Sequence record: PZ229304.1
Length of the DNA: 64,000 bases
Source of the DNA: a phage
Direction: 5' to 3' (one strand)
Shown: positions 27,601 to 37,228 of the stretch, one piece after another
Numbering within the stretch: the first letter of the stretch is position 1
How the letters are laid out: each line of letters begins with the position of its first letter
Notes under the pieces: model-generated
The model's input: the letters and a program-made list of their open reading frames with translations, nothing else
What the model was told of the DNA's origin: nothing
The model's database searches: none
Made by a program: the position numbers and the translations under genes

Positions 27601-27629
27601 CAGGGCGCACAAAGCGCCCTTTCTTTTTA
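27601..27629 (+). terminator. intrinsic terminator
   Basis: AGGGCGCACAAAGCGCCCT hairpin plus TTCTTTTT. Confidence 0.65.
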
Positions 27630-27833
27630 CCTAAATAAAGATGATAGCTTTTACCTATCAAAAACGTTCACCGAAAAAAGTGAATAGATCGCGGTATCGA
27701 GCTAATCAAGGAGCAGATGAACAACCATACCATGAAGATCATAAGGCGCTTACAGCGTGTTTTAGACCGCTTATTTTTAATTTCTTCATGCAACTATTTG
27801 GCAAAAACAGCCTTTTTCTTGTCTTTCCTCTTA

Positions 27834-27907
27834 AATGATAATCATTCTTATTTATAGCTGATTATTTATGCAATAAACTGCATAATGCAATAATGATAAT
27901 CATTCTT
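27834..27907. promoter_or_regulatory. two Fur-box-like sites (AATGATAATCATTCTTA and AATAATGATAATCATTCTT)
   Basis: Second site about 16/19 to the Fur consensus by hand. Confidence 0.45.
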
Positions 27908-27909
27908 AA

Positions 27910-28255
27910 CTTATGACCATCTAACCTATAAAATAATAAGTTATCTAACTAAATTAAAACTAATTATCTTACTTTTATTTATAACTTACTGTTACTATCT
28001 CATTGATAACCTTATATTAAACAACAATAACTAATATAAATCATTACTAAGCTAAATATAATCTATCTAACCTTTAAAACTATAACTATAATCTATTGAA
28101 TTATTGCACAAAGTAACTATTAAATCGTTAGTAACATTACTAAATAATTAATATCCTATCTATTTATGATCTAATCTTTACATTCCTATCTATTACCTAA
28201 ATAATCATTTCATATAGTAATCATTTCATACAATAACTATAACAAGAAATATAAT
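27910..28255. other. G-poor, AT-rich non-coding tract with short reiterated motifs (CTAAC, CTATC, TAACT)
   Basis: Strong strand asymmetry visible by eye; no ORF. Confidence 0.5.
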
Positions 28256-28274
28256 TCGCAAGCGTATCATTAGC

Positions 28275-28440
28275 AGCCTATGCCGGACACATAGGCGGCT
28301 AATAATAACGCAACTACACACCCCACATAATAACTATCACCGATAGTTATTATTTGTGCTTATGTAGCTTGCAACAACTGCAAGCGCAACAATATACATG
28401 GTATATTGTATCCCTTACATTGTTGCGGTGCGTTATTATT
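28275..28440. repeat. cluster of nested palindromes / inverted repeats
   Basis: GCCTATG..CATAGGC, ATAATAACTAT..ATAGTTATTAT, CTTGCA..TGCAAG, ATATAC..GTATAT, and a long-range pair TAATAATAACGCAAC / GTTGCGGTGCGTTATTATTA. Confidence 0.55.
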
Positions 28441-28766
28441 AGCTAATGTTTAGAACATTGGCTATAATATAAGCTAAATCATAAGCTATGCAATAATAAA
28501 CATGGTGAATAATGACATTGATGATCATAATGCGCCACCTTCCAGGGGGCGCTATGTGAACACAAAGAAATCTTTCTTGTCAAGAAAATATTACTACTAT
28601 TGCGCAAAATTATTTATATCTGAATAGATGATTTTTTATGCTATTGCCCCCTTGATTATTACTATTTGTTGCCCTAACTATTGTCATTTGTTGAGCCTAC
28701 TTTCTTAAAAGCGCAATAAATCAGAATTATCTTGATTTTTAGTCGGTTTTATAGTACAGAAAGTAT

Positions 28767-28785
28767 GCAAATGATAATCATTATC
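28767..28785. promoter_or_regulatory. near-consensus Fur-box-like site GCAAATGATAATCATTATC
   Basis: 17/19 identity to GATAATGATAATCATTATC by hand. Confidence 0.5.
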
Positions 28786-28951
28786 AGCTATCTTCCACGG
28801 GTGGCACTATTTCACGCCAGATCATTTCATTTGGCAAGGTGTATATAGATGTTTAGAAATGCCAAGCCATTGATTTACTTAGAATTTATCTGTTTTGTTG
28901 TGAGTAGTGCCTTTCTTGCTCAGAAAATAATCAAAAGTCTTATAAGTCATT

Positions 28952-28983
28952 GAATGATAATGCAAATGATAATTATTCTCATT
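28952..28983. promoter_or_regulatory. degenerate Fur-box-like repeats
   Basis: GAATGATAATGCAAATGATAATTATTCTCATT. Confidence 0.35.
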
Positions 28984-29428
28984 GATATTTGAGGGGGACG
29001 GTCGGCAGAAATCGGGGGGCGCTGAAAATCGCGTTAAGCACCTCTCGCAAGCGAGCAGTATTTTGCGGCAAGTTATTGATATTATTGACTTTACGCTTAA
29101 GAAAAGGGGGCGTGTCGAAATAAATCGGGTATACCGGAAAATTTTTGTGGCATAGATATTTATTTGTCTATATTATGTACAAAGGGGTGTGTTAAAAATA
29201 ATAGGTATATATAGAATAATTGATAGGGAAATCCTATACTAAATCCTTCATTAATGATGTTCCTATGTTGCTGTTCTTGTAATAGATGAAAAGACGCTAT
29301 ATGATGTGTGGCATGAAACGTAAACTTATAAGATGCAAATAATGCTTGCATTGAATAGAAATGTCTATACACTGTGTTTCATAAGATATGCAATATCGCG
29401 CATAACAAACTACTAATGAGAGGTGTAA

Positions 29429-29887
29429 ATGAAAACTGTATCTTTGTATCTTGCTAACACGGAGCGTGTACATAATCTTGTAAAAGAATGCGGTGTGAGT
29501 GTTCAATTTAACATAGGAAAGCCTTCCGTGGTGACAGGCAGTGAGATGTGTGTTATTGATTTCCTCAATGAATATTTTCGTGGAAAACCTATTGCTCGTC
29601 ACTTCATTCGAGAAATGCGAGATGTACAACAGGATTATGAATTCTACCCAGAAATTTGTGAACGCTATGAAACTATTCTTAGTTCTGTAGAAGATCCAGA
29701 TACCAGTGAAACAGGTGTTTCCCACTTACTGTGGATGTTGAATGAAATTCAGGATGGGTGTAATGGTATGTCTGAAACCAAACGCCATCGTTGGCTAGGC
29801 TATATTCAGGGTGTTATGGTTATGAAAAACCTTATTACAGTGAGTGATGAACGTAACGCTACACGCCCCGTCTTTAATGGAGCATAA
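29429..29887 (+). CDS. hypothetical protein
   Basis: 152-aa track ORF; GAGAGG RBS; first gene of the AT-rich plus block. Confidence 0.5.
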   Translation: MKTVSLYLANTERVHNLVKECGVSVQFNIGKPSVVTGSEMCVIDFLNEYFRGKPIARHFIREMRDVQQDYEFYPEICERYETILSSVEDPDTSETGVSHLLWMLNEIQDGCNGMSETKRHRWLGYIQGVMVMKNLITVSDERNATRPVFNGA

Positions 29888-29888
29888 C

Positions 29889-30104
29889 ATGAAAAGCATT
29901 CAGGTGTGTATTGAAAATAATTGTGGTTATCTTGGGTTGACACATGTTGCTTTCCCTCTTATGTTAGATGCTGATATCGCTTACAGCGGAGTTGCTTATG
30001 TGTCATTCAAGACAATGAGCCAAGTACCTGGCTGGAAGTGGGAAGTAGTTGATGTTGTTGAAGGAGAAGATTATGTTTTCCTTCCACACGAATATACTGT
30101 TTAA
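29889..30104 (+). CDS. hypothetical protein
   Basis: Trimmed to ATG 29889 (GGAG RBS). Confidence 0.4.
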   Translation: MKSIQVCIENNCGYLGLTHVAFPLMLDADIAYSGVAYVSFKTMSQVPGWKWEVVDVVEGEDYVFLPHEYTV

Positions 30105-30119
30105 AGAGAGGAAAAGAAG

Positions 30120-30302
30120 ATGGATAAACAAACTACTGTGTACTTAGTAACAAAGAATACCCTAGACTGGAACCAATGCAGCACTGTCCCTTACAAGATC
30201 TGTGCAACATTAGAACTAGCACAACGCGCAGAAGCAGAAGTGGATGCCATGCAAATGCAACACAGCTATGGTGAGATCATTCCTCTTACTCTTGAACAAT
30301 AA
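30120..30302 (+). CDS. hypothetical protein
   Basis: 60-aa track ORF. Confidence 0.4.
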   Translation: MDKQTTVYLVTKNTLDWNQCSTVPYKICATLELAQRAEAEVDAMQMQHSYGEIIPLTLEQ

Positions 30303-30313
30303 GGATTTGTGTA

Positions 30314-30766
30314 ATGTTTGAAATTGGTAAAGTGTATCGTTTTAAAAACCCATCTTATATCCGTAAGTTTGCTAACATGTCTGAGTGCAATAGCAGGATT
30401 GCTTCTTTTTTAGGTGATTCCTATTTTCGTGTATTAGATGTGGATGATTGGTATGGTGTCACTGCTTTGCAATCCTTAGCAGGAGAACAAGAAATTATCG
30501 CTCAAAATGAAGGAGACTTTCTTCAGTGTTACACGTTGCTTGCAAAAAGTGAGTTTGAGTATTTTGTAGAAGTAGTAGAGGAAGCACCAAAAAGTAAACA
30601 CGAAGAGAAATACCTGCTTGTAGTGGATGGAGTTCCGATCATGGAAACCATCTCCCGTGAGGAAGTTGAAAAAGAGGCGAAACGTTACAAGCTGGATCGT
30701 ACACAGGGTGTAGTTGAAATCTATTCTCTTGTTGGTGTTGCAGATATTAGTGTGAACATCGTATAA
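30314..30766 (+). CDS. hypothetical protein
   Basis: 150-aa track ORF. Confidence 0.5.
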   Translation: MFEIGKVYRFKNPSYIRKFANMSECNSRIASFLGDSYFRVLDVDDWYGVTALQSLAGEQEIIAQNEGDFLQCYTLLAKSEFEYFVEVVEEAPKSKHEEKYLLVVDGVPIMETISREEVEKEAKRYKLDRTQGVVEIYSLVGVADISVNIV

Positions 30767-30769
30767 TAT

Positions 30770-30982
30770 ATGTGTAATGACAGATACATTCTTCGTGTAT
30801 CTGATAAGTCTCCTATGTTTGACTGGCGGGGCTGGTGGCTACTAGCTCCGATGCAAGGTCTGACAGACGTGGAAAAGGAGGCTTATGTGTATACAAAAGA
30901 AGAGATAGAAGATAGTCTTTATTTGACAGATAACATTAAGAATGGTATCTTTGAGTGTAAATTGAAAGGAGAGGAAGAATGA
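30770..30982 (+). CDS. hypothetical protein
   Basis: 70-aa track ORF. Confidence 0.4.
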   Translation: MCNDRYILRVSDKSPMFDWRGWWLLAPMQGLTDVEKEAYVYTKEEIEDSLYLTDNIKNGIFECKLKGEEE

Positions 30983-31278
30983 CTGTTACAGAAAAACTGC
31001 GTTGTATTGCAAAGCAAAGTGGAGAAGGTTTATGGTTTCCTATTGATGAAGTTATTCAGGACTGTTATGACCAGGCTAAGACTGGCAAATACTCCAAAGC
31101 ATTTAAACCATCTGTTTTCGGTTTGGATGACTATCCGACAAATGAACAAGCAAGGAAACGCCAAGTTGATTTGATTGATCTTGCTATGGAAGCACTACGA
31201 GAGCGTGGGCTTAGTAAGGTGTATGCTTTAAACACCAAAGAGGGTTTTGTAGATTCAGTGATCGTAGATTGGCATTAA
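30979..31278 (+). CDS. hypothetical protein
   Basis: 99-aa track ORF, 4-nt overlap with upstream gene. Confidence 0.45.
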   Translation: MTVTEKLRCIAKQSGEGLWFPIDEVIQDCYDQAKTGKYSKAFKPSVFGLDDYPTNEQARKRQVDLIDLAMEALRERGLSKVYALNTKEGFVDSVIVDWH

Positions 31279-31291
31279 GGAGAATAGTAAA

Positions 31292-31642
31292 GTGTGTAAC
31301 ATGAAAAGCAGCCCTTATTTGCTACAATTTTATGAATGGTGGTTAGAACAAGAAGATACAAACTTTAGCAAAAAGCATTATGGTCTTTGCACGTGTCTTG
31401 TAGACTTCTTATACAATATTGCTTGGATAAAAGATGTTGAGAATGTAGCAAACCTCCAGTCTTCTGTACGAGAGGAAATGAAGGAACAATTTAAGAAAGC
31501 AGGTTTGAACCATTTACACCCATTTAATACAGATTTCTCGCACTACTTTACGGAAACAGAGCTAGGCATTGCACACCTTAATAAAGAACGTGTACAATGG
31601 GTGATTGATCGTATTCGTGATATGGAGGAATACAATGGTTAA
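31292..31642 (+). CDS. hypothetical protein, paralogue family A
   Basis: Shares LLQFY..W, L..LHPFN and HLNKER.QWV..R motifs with 32266-32850. Confidence 0.5.
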   Translation: MCNMKSSPYLLQFYEWWLEQEDTNFSKKHYGLCTCLVDFLYNIAWIKDVENVANLQSSVREEMKEQFKKAGLNHLHPFNTDFSHYFTETELGIAHLNKERVQWVIDRIRDMEEYNG

Positions 31643-31853
31643 GTTTAAAACTTTCTGTGCAATCACTGTTTGTCTTATTCTTGCATACGTGTTATTCTCT
31701 GGTATCGTTCGTTTAGGTGAATATATGGCAAGAGAAGCTCGTGAAAGTGAAGCTAAAAAAGAACAGTGTATTGTGTTCAAGCATCAAAGAGATGCTGAAA
31801 AGTTTCTCGCACTTGATTGCAATCGTTATGTATCTTATCAAATGTATGAGTAA
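31635..31853 (+). CDS. small membrane-anchored protein, paralogue family B
   Basis: Trimmed to ATG 31635 (GGAGG RBS); N-terminal TM helix; EQCIVFKHQRDAEKFLALDCNRYVSY resembles EKCTILKHNKQAEDFLKNKCYNYIDY in 36343-36567. Confidence 0.45.
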   Translation: MVKFKTFCAITVCLILAYVLFSGIVRLGEYMAREARESEAKKEQCIVFKHQRDAEKFLALDCNRYVSYQMYE

Positions 31854-31862
31854 GGAGGATTT

Positions 31863-32087
31863 ATGGTAAAACGTCTGGAATGGGATGCGTGTACTGCTCA
31901 CGCTTGTCACTGTGATATTGTGGAAGATCCTAATGGAGAAATGGTGTATTATGAGGATTACGAAGCATTGCATAATGCTGTGATCGCTTTACTGGATGAT
32001 ATTAGCTCACGCTATCCAGGACAACAGTTTACGTGTCCACATATCCAACTATTAGCCGAACTTACGGAGTATCCAAGTGTTCCATAA
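31863..32087 (+). CDS. hypothetical protein, paralogue family C
   Basis: CDIVEDPNGEMVYYEDYEALHNA resembles CDIVPDPEGDYVLLADYNKLEER in 37228-37491. Confidence 0.45.
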   Translation: MVKRLEWDACTAHACHCDIVEDPNGEMVYYEDYEALHNAVIALLDDISSRYPGQQFTCPHIQLLAELTEYPSVP

Positions 32088-32265
32088 TATGGGTATCCCT
32101 GAACAACTGCTCTTTATTGTAGGATTAGTAGGCTTACTGGCGGCTGGCGCTAAAGCCGCTTCTCACACGCATCACATAATGTTAAGATTTCTATTCCTAC
32201 TCCCTTCTATCCTCGTACTATTAGTCATACTGATCGATAACATTTTGCACAATTAAGGAGAGGTT

Positions 32266-32850
32266 ATGAGTAAAATTATACCAAGCAGTTATGAATTATT
32301 GCAGTTTTATGTGTATTATATAGACTGGGTTAATAGATCGAATGTTAAAGACAATGCGATGTTTAGTAAAAACATCTGTTTAACAGAAAGTATCTTCCGT
32401 TACTGGCACACAGGTAGAAAGTGTACACACAGTGAAGCTATGCGCATTGTAGGAGAATATCTGGAGCAATTGCAAAAAGCAGAGCTACCTGTCCTTCACC
32501 CATTCAATGAATCTAAAGAAGAATTAGAACAAGAGTGTAGAGAAGGTAAGTGCCATTTGAATGAAAAACGTATCGAATGGGTGAGGCAACGTTTAGCCGA
32601 TGCAGGGAATCCTCCTAGTGACTCTGACTATACGTGGTATGATGTAGAGGGTTTAGTTCAAGGTTTTGAGGCTTGTGCTATAGATAATACCAACTTTGCC
32701 AAAGTTTTATGCGAGGCTTATGACTTGGCAGATAAAATCCGAAATCATGGATGGAAACAAGAGCATAAAGAATCATATGAACGCCTTGACAAGATTTTCA
32801 AACAGATCTATTCTAACCACAAGAAGATGTTCCAAATGGAGGATGTGTAA
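32266..32850 (+). CDS. hypothetical protein, paralogue family A
   Basis: See 31292-31642. Confidence 0.5.
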   Translation: MSKIIPSSYELLQFYVYYIDWVNRSNVKDNAMFSKNICLTESIFRYWHTGRKCTHSEAMRIVGEYLEQLQKAELPVLHPFNESKEELEQECREGKCHLNEKRIEWVRQRLADAGNPPSDSDYTWYDVEGLVQGFEACAIDNTNFAKVLCEAYDLADKIRNHGWKQEHKESYERLDKIFKQIYSNHKKMFQMEDV

Positions 32851-33533
32851 TGAAAGAGATTATGTTTGAAGGGCATCGTTACGAAGTTCCAGACAATGCA
32901 AATTTCATGGCTCGTGATATCACTGGAGATGTGTTCTGGTTTGAAGATGAACCTGTGTTTTCGAACAAACACTGGTTTTCACAACAATCTTCTTCGGAAA
33001 ACATGACTTTTGGCTACGTAGAGCCTAAAGTGCGCTGCAAAGCAGCTTCTTCTTTGGTAAAAATTTCCCAAGATGATCAAGAAAATACTCCATATGTTGT
33101 TAGTGCACTACTGAAGTACATTGCAGAACTTGAGAAGAAAATTAAAGAAGCAGAAACTAAGGTGAAAGCACGATCAGCCATCATTGAAGCTATGTCTGAA
33201 CGTATCTTAGAGCTAGAAGATTTGTGTGGAGAGGCTTATCAAGTGGTCGGTGCGCTGGCTTGCGAAGCACAAATGTTTGAAACTTCAGAACAAGTTTCAC
33301 ATATGTTAGATAATTTAAGTGAATGTAAAATGATTCATGATGATGTATTGCCATTTTGTTGCAATGTTAACAAAGCAGAGCAAACAGAAGATTCAGAAAC
33401 AGTTTATGTTCCGCTGATGTGTGTTCCAGATCATCTAAAAGGTGTATTCTCTTGTAAATGGTCACTGTTGAGCGTTACTAATTGTGGCGAAAACTATTCT
33501 GCCAACATTGAATTGCTAAAACACGTTAAATAA
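32850..33533 (+). CDS. hypothetical protein
   Basis: 227-aa track ORF. Confidence 0.5.
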   Translation: MKEIMFEGHRYEVPDNANFMARDITGDVFWFEDEPVFSNKHWFSQQSSSENMTFGYVEPKVRCKAASSLVKISQDDQENTPYVVSALLKYIAELEKKIKEAETKVKARSAIIEAMSERILELEDLCGEAYQVVGALACEAQMFETSEQVSHMLDNLSECKMIHDDVLPFCCNVNKAEQTEDSETVYVPLMCVPDHLKGVFSCKWSLLSVTNCGENYSANIELLKHVK

Positions 33534-33543
33534 GGAGAGTAAT

Positions 33544-33948
33544 ATGTGGTCTGTTAAAATCAAATATAATGCGCAGTATTATGGTGGAAAGCCTTACGAA
33601 GTTGTTATTTGTGACTGTATCTCTAAAGAAGTTGCACAGCTTTGTGGCGCTGGGGTTAGTGAAGCTATGAACAAAATGCATAACTCGACTGTGCGTTACC
33701 TGGATCAAGATATTCCAGAAGATGTAAATGATTATGCTTACGAAGTTATTTTCAGTGAAGGTAAGAAGCTCTCTATTGAAGATGCACTTAAAGCACTACC
33801 TGCTATGTGCAGCCCAACACCAGAAGCAGTTAAAGAGATTTTACCAGAATCCAACCCCGATGAATATGCCTCTATGGTTGCTTCAGACATGTGGAATCTC
33901 TGTCGAGAAACTATGATTAAAAATCTTGTGGAAATGGCGCATGAGTAA
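33544..33948 (+). CDS. hypothetical protein
   Basis: 134-aa track ORF. Confidence 0.5.
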   Translation: MWSVKIKYNAQYYGGKPYEVVICDCISKEVAQLCGAGVSEAMNKMHNSTVRYLDQDIPEDVNDYAYEVIFSEGKKLSIEDALKALPAMCSPTPEAVKEILPESNPDEYASMVASDMWNLCRETMIKNLVEMAHE

Positions 33949-34159
33949 AACACACTTTATACATCCGTTTGATCCAAAGAACAAGGCGGTTATACACCGC
34001 CGTTGGACTGAAACGCGCATTACAAAATGTCCTGTGCCAGCGGCACAGGAATATAACAAAACATATAAAGCAGAATTTGTGGAGTATACCTTTGTAAATA
34101 ACAAAGGGAAGGAGGTTTATGTTCCAGAATACTGCCTTTGGATAAAATGGGAGGAATAA
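33941..34159 (+). CDS. hypothetical protein
   Basis: Trimmed to ATG 33941, overlapping the upstream stop. Confidence 0.4.
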   Translation: MSKTHFIHPFDPKNKAVIHRRWTETRITKCPVPAAQEYNKTYKAEFVEYTFVNNKGKEVYVPEYCLWIKWEE

Positions 34160-34326
34160 TGCAAACATTTTTTATCGACAAATTCAATAAAAGTATGAAC
34201 ACGTGGATGGCAACATTCACTATGCAATTTGCGTCATTTAAAGAAGCTCAAGAATGGTGCGATCAACACAAGGATTTTGATTTTTACTATCAAATTAATG
34301 CAAACCTTTCTCCAGAGGAGAAATAA
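34159..34326 (+). CDS. small hypothetical protein
   Basis: Trimmed to ATG 34159 (GGGAGGA RBS). Confidence 0.35.
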   Translation: MQTFFIDKFNKSMNTWMATFTMQFASFKEAQEWCDQHKDFDFYYQINANLSPEEK

Positions 34327-34327
34327 T

Positions 34328-34672
34328 ATGTTAGCTGATATTGAAATCCTTATGTACCGACAAGGTATGATCAAAATGTGGCTAGATTCTTTTAGCAATA
34401 TATACTGTACAGTACGATCAGCAGACGAGCGTAAAACGCTTATCTTATCTGCTATTGTTGATAAACAACGTTTCTTCAAAGAAGTTTTGCAAACAGGTTT
34501 CTCCGATGCAGGAGTAGAAATTGCAACTCTTAGTCTTGGGGTGCTGTCTTACTTGGAATCCGTTGTTTTATATGTCTTCTCTTTAGAAGAACACTTGCAA
34601 TTTGAAGCATTAAAACTTATCTTAGATGCTGCAATTGACATAGAACAAAATCGAATTGACTCTTTTGAATAA
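34328..34672 (+). CDS. hypothetical protein
   Basis: Trimmed to ATG 34328 (GGAG RBS). Confidence 0.45.
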   Translation: MLADIEILMYRQGMIKMWLDSFSNIYCTVRSADERKTLILSAIVDKQRFFKEVLQTGFSDAGVEIATLSLGVLSYLESVVLYVFSLEEHLQFEALKLILDAAIDIEQNRIDSFE

Positions 34673-34688
34673 AAATAAGGAGAAAACT

Positions 34689-35147
34689 ATGCAAGAGGTT
34701 AAACATCATCCACATGGTCGTAGTTTTGTAGCTGTATGGCATGTTCCTGCTCGTAATGAACTGTTTTGTGCATCTTTTCATTACAAAGATGGACAATATT
34801 TCACCTATGACGAGACGATGGATGATTTTATCCCAGAGTGCGATCATGGGTATACACCAATGTTCTTTAAACGTATGAAAGCTCGTTTCTTCGTTACAGA
34901 TGTTGATGGTGAACCTACTTGGCACATCGAAGAAGATTGGCAAGATTCTGTGGATATTAAAGAAGCCCCAGAATGGGCTACATTACTGGTACACGTCAAA
35001 ACCCCTACCCTTGACGTTATGGCGTGGGTTAATCATGATGATACCCATTACCAATACATAAATGGTAGCACAGAGATTTCTGGTGAGATTATTGGTCGTT
35101 GGAAGCCTACGAATCAGGTTGCCATTGTCGGGTATAAGGCAGTATAA
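34689..35147 (+). CDS. hypothetical protein
   Basis: Trimmed to ATG 34689 (AAGGAGAAA RBS). Confidence 0.45.
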   Translation: MQEVKHHPHGRSFVAVWHVPARNELFCASFHYKDGQYFTYDETMDDFIPECDHGYTPMFFKRMKARFFVTDVDGEPTWHIEEDWQDSVDIKEAPEWATLLVHVKTPTLDVMAWVNHDDTHYQYINGSTEISGEIIGRWKPTNQVAIVGYKAV

Positions 35148-35148
35148 T

Positions 35149-35343
35149 ATGAAAAATAGTGTAGATTGGGATGATTTATCCGATTTTGAAAAATGGTTCT
35201 TAGTTAGTGGTTGTTATGCAGATGGGGATCTCGAAAGAGATCCTTCTGGAAACTACACTATGCCACTAACTCAAGGTTTTTATGAGTGCTGGTGCGCAGC
35301 ACAAAACAACGTACTAAATAAGGAGACAACACAATGCAATTAA
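35149..35343 (+). CDS. small hypothetical protein
   Basis: Trimmed to ATG 35149. Confidence 0.35.
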   Translation: MKNSVDWDDLSDFEKWFLVSGCYADGDLERDPSGNYTMPLTQGFYECWCAAQNNVLNKETTQCN

Positions 35344-35573
35344 ACATCGGACAACCAATTTTTGATGCAGATACTGGTCAATATGCAGTGATTGTTGCTC
35401 GTATGAGCGGTGATGACCTTATTGTTTCAGAACTACTCGGATCAGATCCGCAACTCCGCGTAGTATGTGACCTATATCTTCGAGACGAAAGTGATCGCAT
35501 TGCACTGAAAGAAGATGGTATGCTCTACTACACCTGGACTAGAGATCCTGGGGTAACGGAGGTAGAGGTCTAA
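35334..35573 (+). CDS. hypothetical protein
   Basis: 79-aa track ORF, GGAGAC RBS. Confidence 0.45.
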   Translation: MQLNIGQPIFDADTGQYAVIVARMSGDDLIVSELLGSDPQLRVVCDLYLRDESDRIALKEDGMLYYTWTRDPGVTEVEV

Positions 35574-35867
35574 TGGTAAGGAATAGGGTTTACATAAAAG
35601 AAGACACCTTACTTACTGGCATCGTAAAGTACATGAACCTGTATCAAAGAAAGAATGGCAATATCTGCCTTATGGGAAGGAGCGAAGAAAGTATCTGTTA
35701 GCTCACTTAAGGGTACATGGTTCTCTTCCTGTTAACAGTAAGTGGCAATTGCAAACAGCTTATGACGAAGATATGAAATATTTGTTAAAGAGAGGCATTA
35801 TTTGCCTTGTTAAGATAGGGCGATGGAAATCTCGTCAATCCTATATCGTACTTAAACAGGAGAAACC

Positions 35868-36119
35868 ATGAATATCAAAGATGTTGTAGCATACGTAGCA
35901 GATGAAGTTAAAAACCATACAAGTTTACTGAAAGTAATGGTTGTGGTTAAAAATGGCATTGGACAAGTAAACGTACAACATGTCTTATCTGATACTGTAT
36001 ATAATGTGTTTGAATGTAAAGACACACCTCATGGAGTACGTGTGGTGTATATTGATAACAATTTCAAAGAGTGTGTGAGACATACCTTAAAAAATGAGCT
36101 AAGGATCACAACCTTATGA
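35868..36119 (+). CDS. hypothetical protein
   Basis: 83-aa track ORF, AGGAGAAA RBS. Confidence 0.45.
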   Translation: MNIKDVVAYVADEVKNHTSLLKVMVVVKNGIGQVNVQHVLSDTVYNVFECKDTPHGVRVVYIDNNFKECVRHTLKNELRITTL

Positions 36120-36289
36120 GTTATTATGTTGTACCCTATGCTAATAAGTGGAGAGTAAGAGAAACTTGTTTTCTATTCTCCTGGTGGGCTACGTTCGGAG
36201 ATGGTTGTGGAAATGATACAGGGAAGCCTGTAGAGTATGACACAAAAGAAGAATGTGAACAGTGGATAAAATTAACACAAAGATGTTGA
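36116..36289 (+). CDS. small hypothetical protein (57 aa)
   Basis: Own translation MSYYVVPYANKWRVRETCFLFSWW..; ATGA overlap with upstream stop. Confidence 0.3.
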   Translation: MSYYVVPYANKWRVRETCFLFSWWATFGDGCGNDTGKPVEYDTKEECEQWIKLTQRC

Positions 36290-36342
36290 CACGATCTTAA
36301 CTTCTTGTTAGTATCAATGTGTACTAACGATAAGGAGGGTTT

Positions 36343-36567
36343 ATGAAGTCTGTAAACAAGTTGCAACAATTTTTGTTATCAACAGCAATCTTTTTGCTTT
36401 TGTTAATTGGTATTCTGTATGGTGCATCTAACTTATACAATCTACACAACAATGTAGAACATAATATAGAGAAGTGCACCATTCTAAAACACAATAAACA
36501 AGCAGAAGATTTCTTAAAGAATAAGTGTTACAATTACATTGATTATGAGGAGACAAACAATGATTAA
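36343..36567 (+). CDS. small membrane-anchored protein, paralogue family B
   Basis: AAGGAGGG RBS; TM helix; see 31635-31853. Confidence 0.45.
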   Translation: MKSVNKLQQFLLSTAIFLLLLIGILYGASNLYNLHNNVEHNIEKCTILKHNKQAEDFLKNKCYNYIDYEETNND

Positions 36568-36802
36568 AGAATTAGGGATGCGAGTATACAGTGAGTGGAC
36601 TCCAAGCAATGGCCCAGGAGTTGTTGCAGCTAAGTGTATCAATGGTCGTATTGAGTACCTGGAAGGTTATGAAGATAATGAAGAGTTAGTAGATTATGCT
36701 AAATCTTTTATTGAAGATGATACAGACTTTATTGTATTATATGATACAGGAGAGTTAGAGTATGGATATGATGGAGATGGGGATATCTTTGAACTTCAAT
36801 AA
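36560..36802 (+). CDS. hypothetical acidic protein
   Basis: Trimmed to ATG 36560 (GAGGAG RBS). Confidence 0.4.
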   Translation: MIKELGMRVYSEWTPSNGPGVVAAKCINGRIEYLEGYEDNEELVDYAKSFIEDDTDFIVLYDTGELEYGYDGDGDIFELQ

Positions 36803-36896
36803 GAGTAGTAAGTAAGATATAAAGAGTATATAGTTAGTTATAGAGTTAGTAACATTACATATACTCTTTCCATGTATAACATGGAATATTCTCTAC

Positions 36897-36950
36897 CTCG
36901 CTATCGCTCGGTATATAAGATTAGGGTAGCATGTTTTTTACGAAAAGTAA
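36897..36950. repeat. intergenic repeat element, copy 2
   Basis: CCTCGCTATCGCTCGG ... TTAGGGTAGCATGTTTTTTACGAAAAGTAAAA, matching 9988-10040. Confidence 0.5.
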
Positions 36951-37009
36951 AACTGTTTGTACCGATTGATAGCAGGTTTTTAATAGATTTTATCTATGAG
37001 GAGTAGAAA

Positions 37010-37228
37010 GTGTACAAATTATATAAAGCAAAAGATAAGTTTACGGGTAATACATCTGGTTTCTATGTAACACCTCGTGGTGTTGCTGTGTTCGATTGGA
37101 TCTCTGGTACTCCAGATCGTGAAATGATCTCTCTTGTAAAACTGTCGGAACAAGAGTACACTTACGGTGACATTACAACATTCTATTCTCGTGCAGAAAA
37201 TCCAAAACTGATTGCGGAGTGGGAATAA
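37010..37228 (+). CDS. hypothetical protein
   Basis: 72-aa track ORF, GTG start 6 nt after GAGGAG. Confidence 0.4.
   Translation: MYKLYKAKDKFTGNTSGFYVTPRGVAVFDWISGTPDREMISLVKLSEQEYTYGDITTFYSRAENPKLIAEWE

Noticed and set aside
27641-27838. 65-aa track ORF between a terminator and the Fur-like boxes
   Set aside because: No convincing RBS, lies in a gene-free regulatory gap, and the peptide is low-complexity; more likely non-coding.
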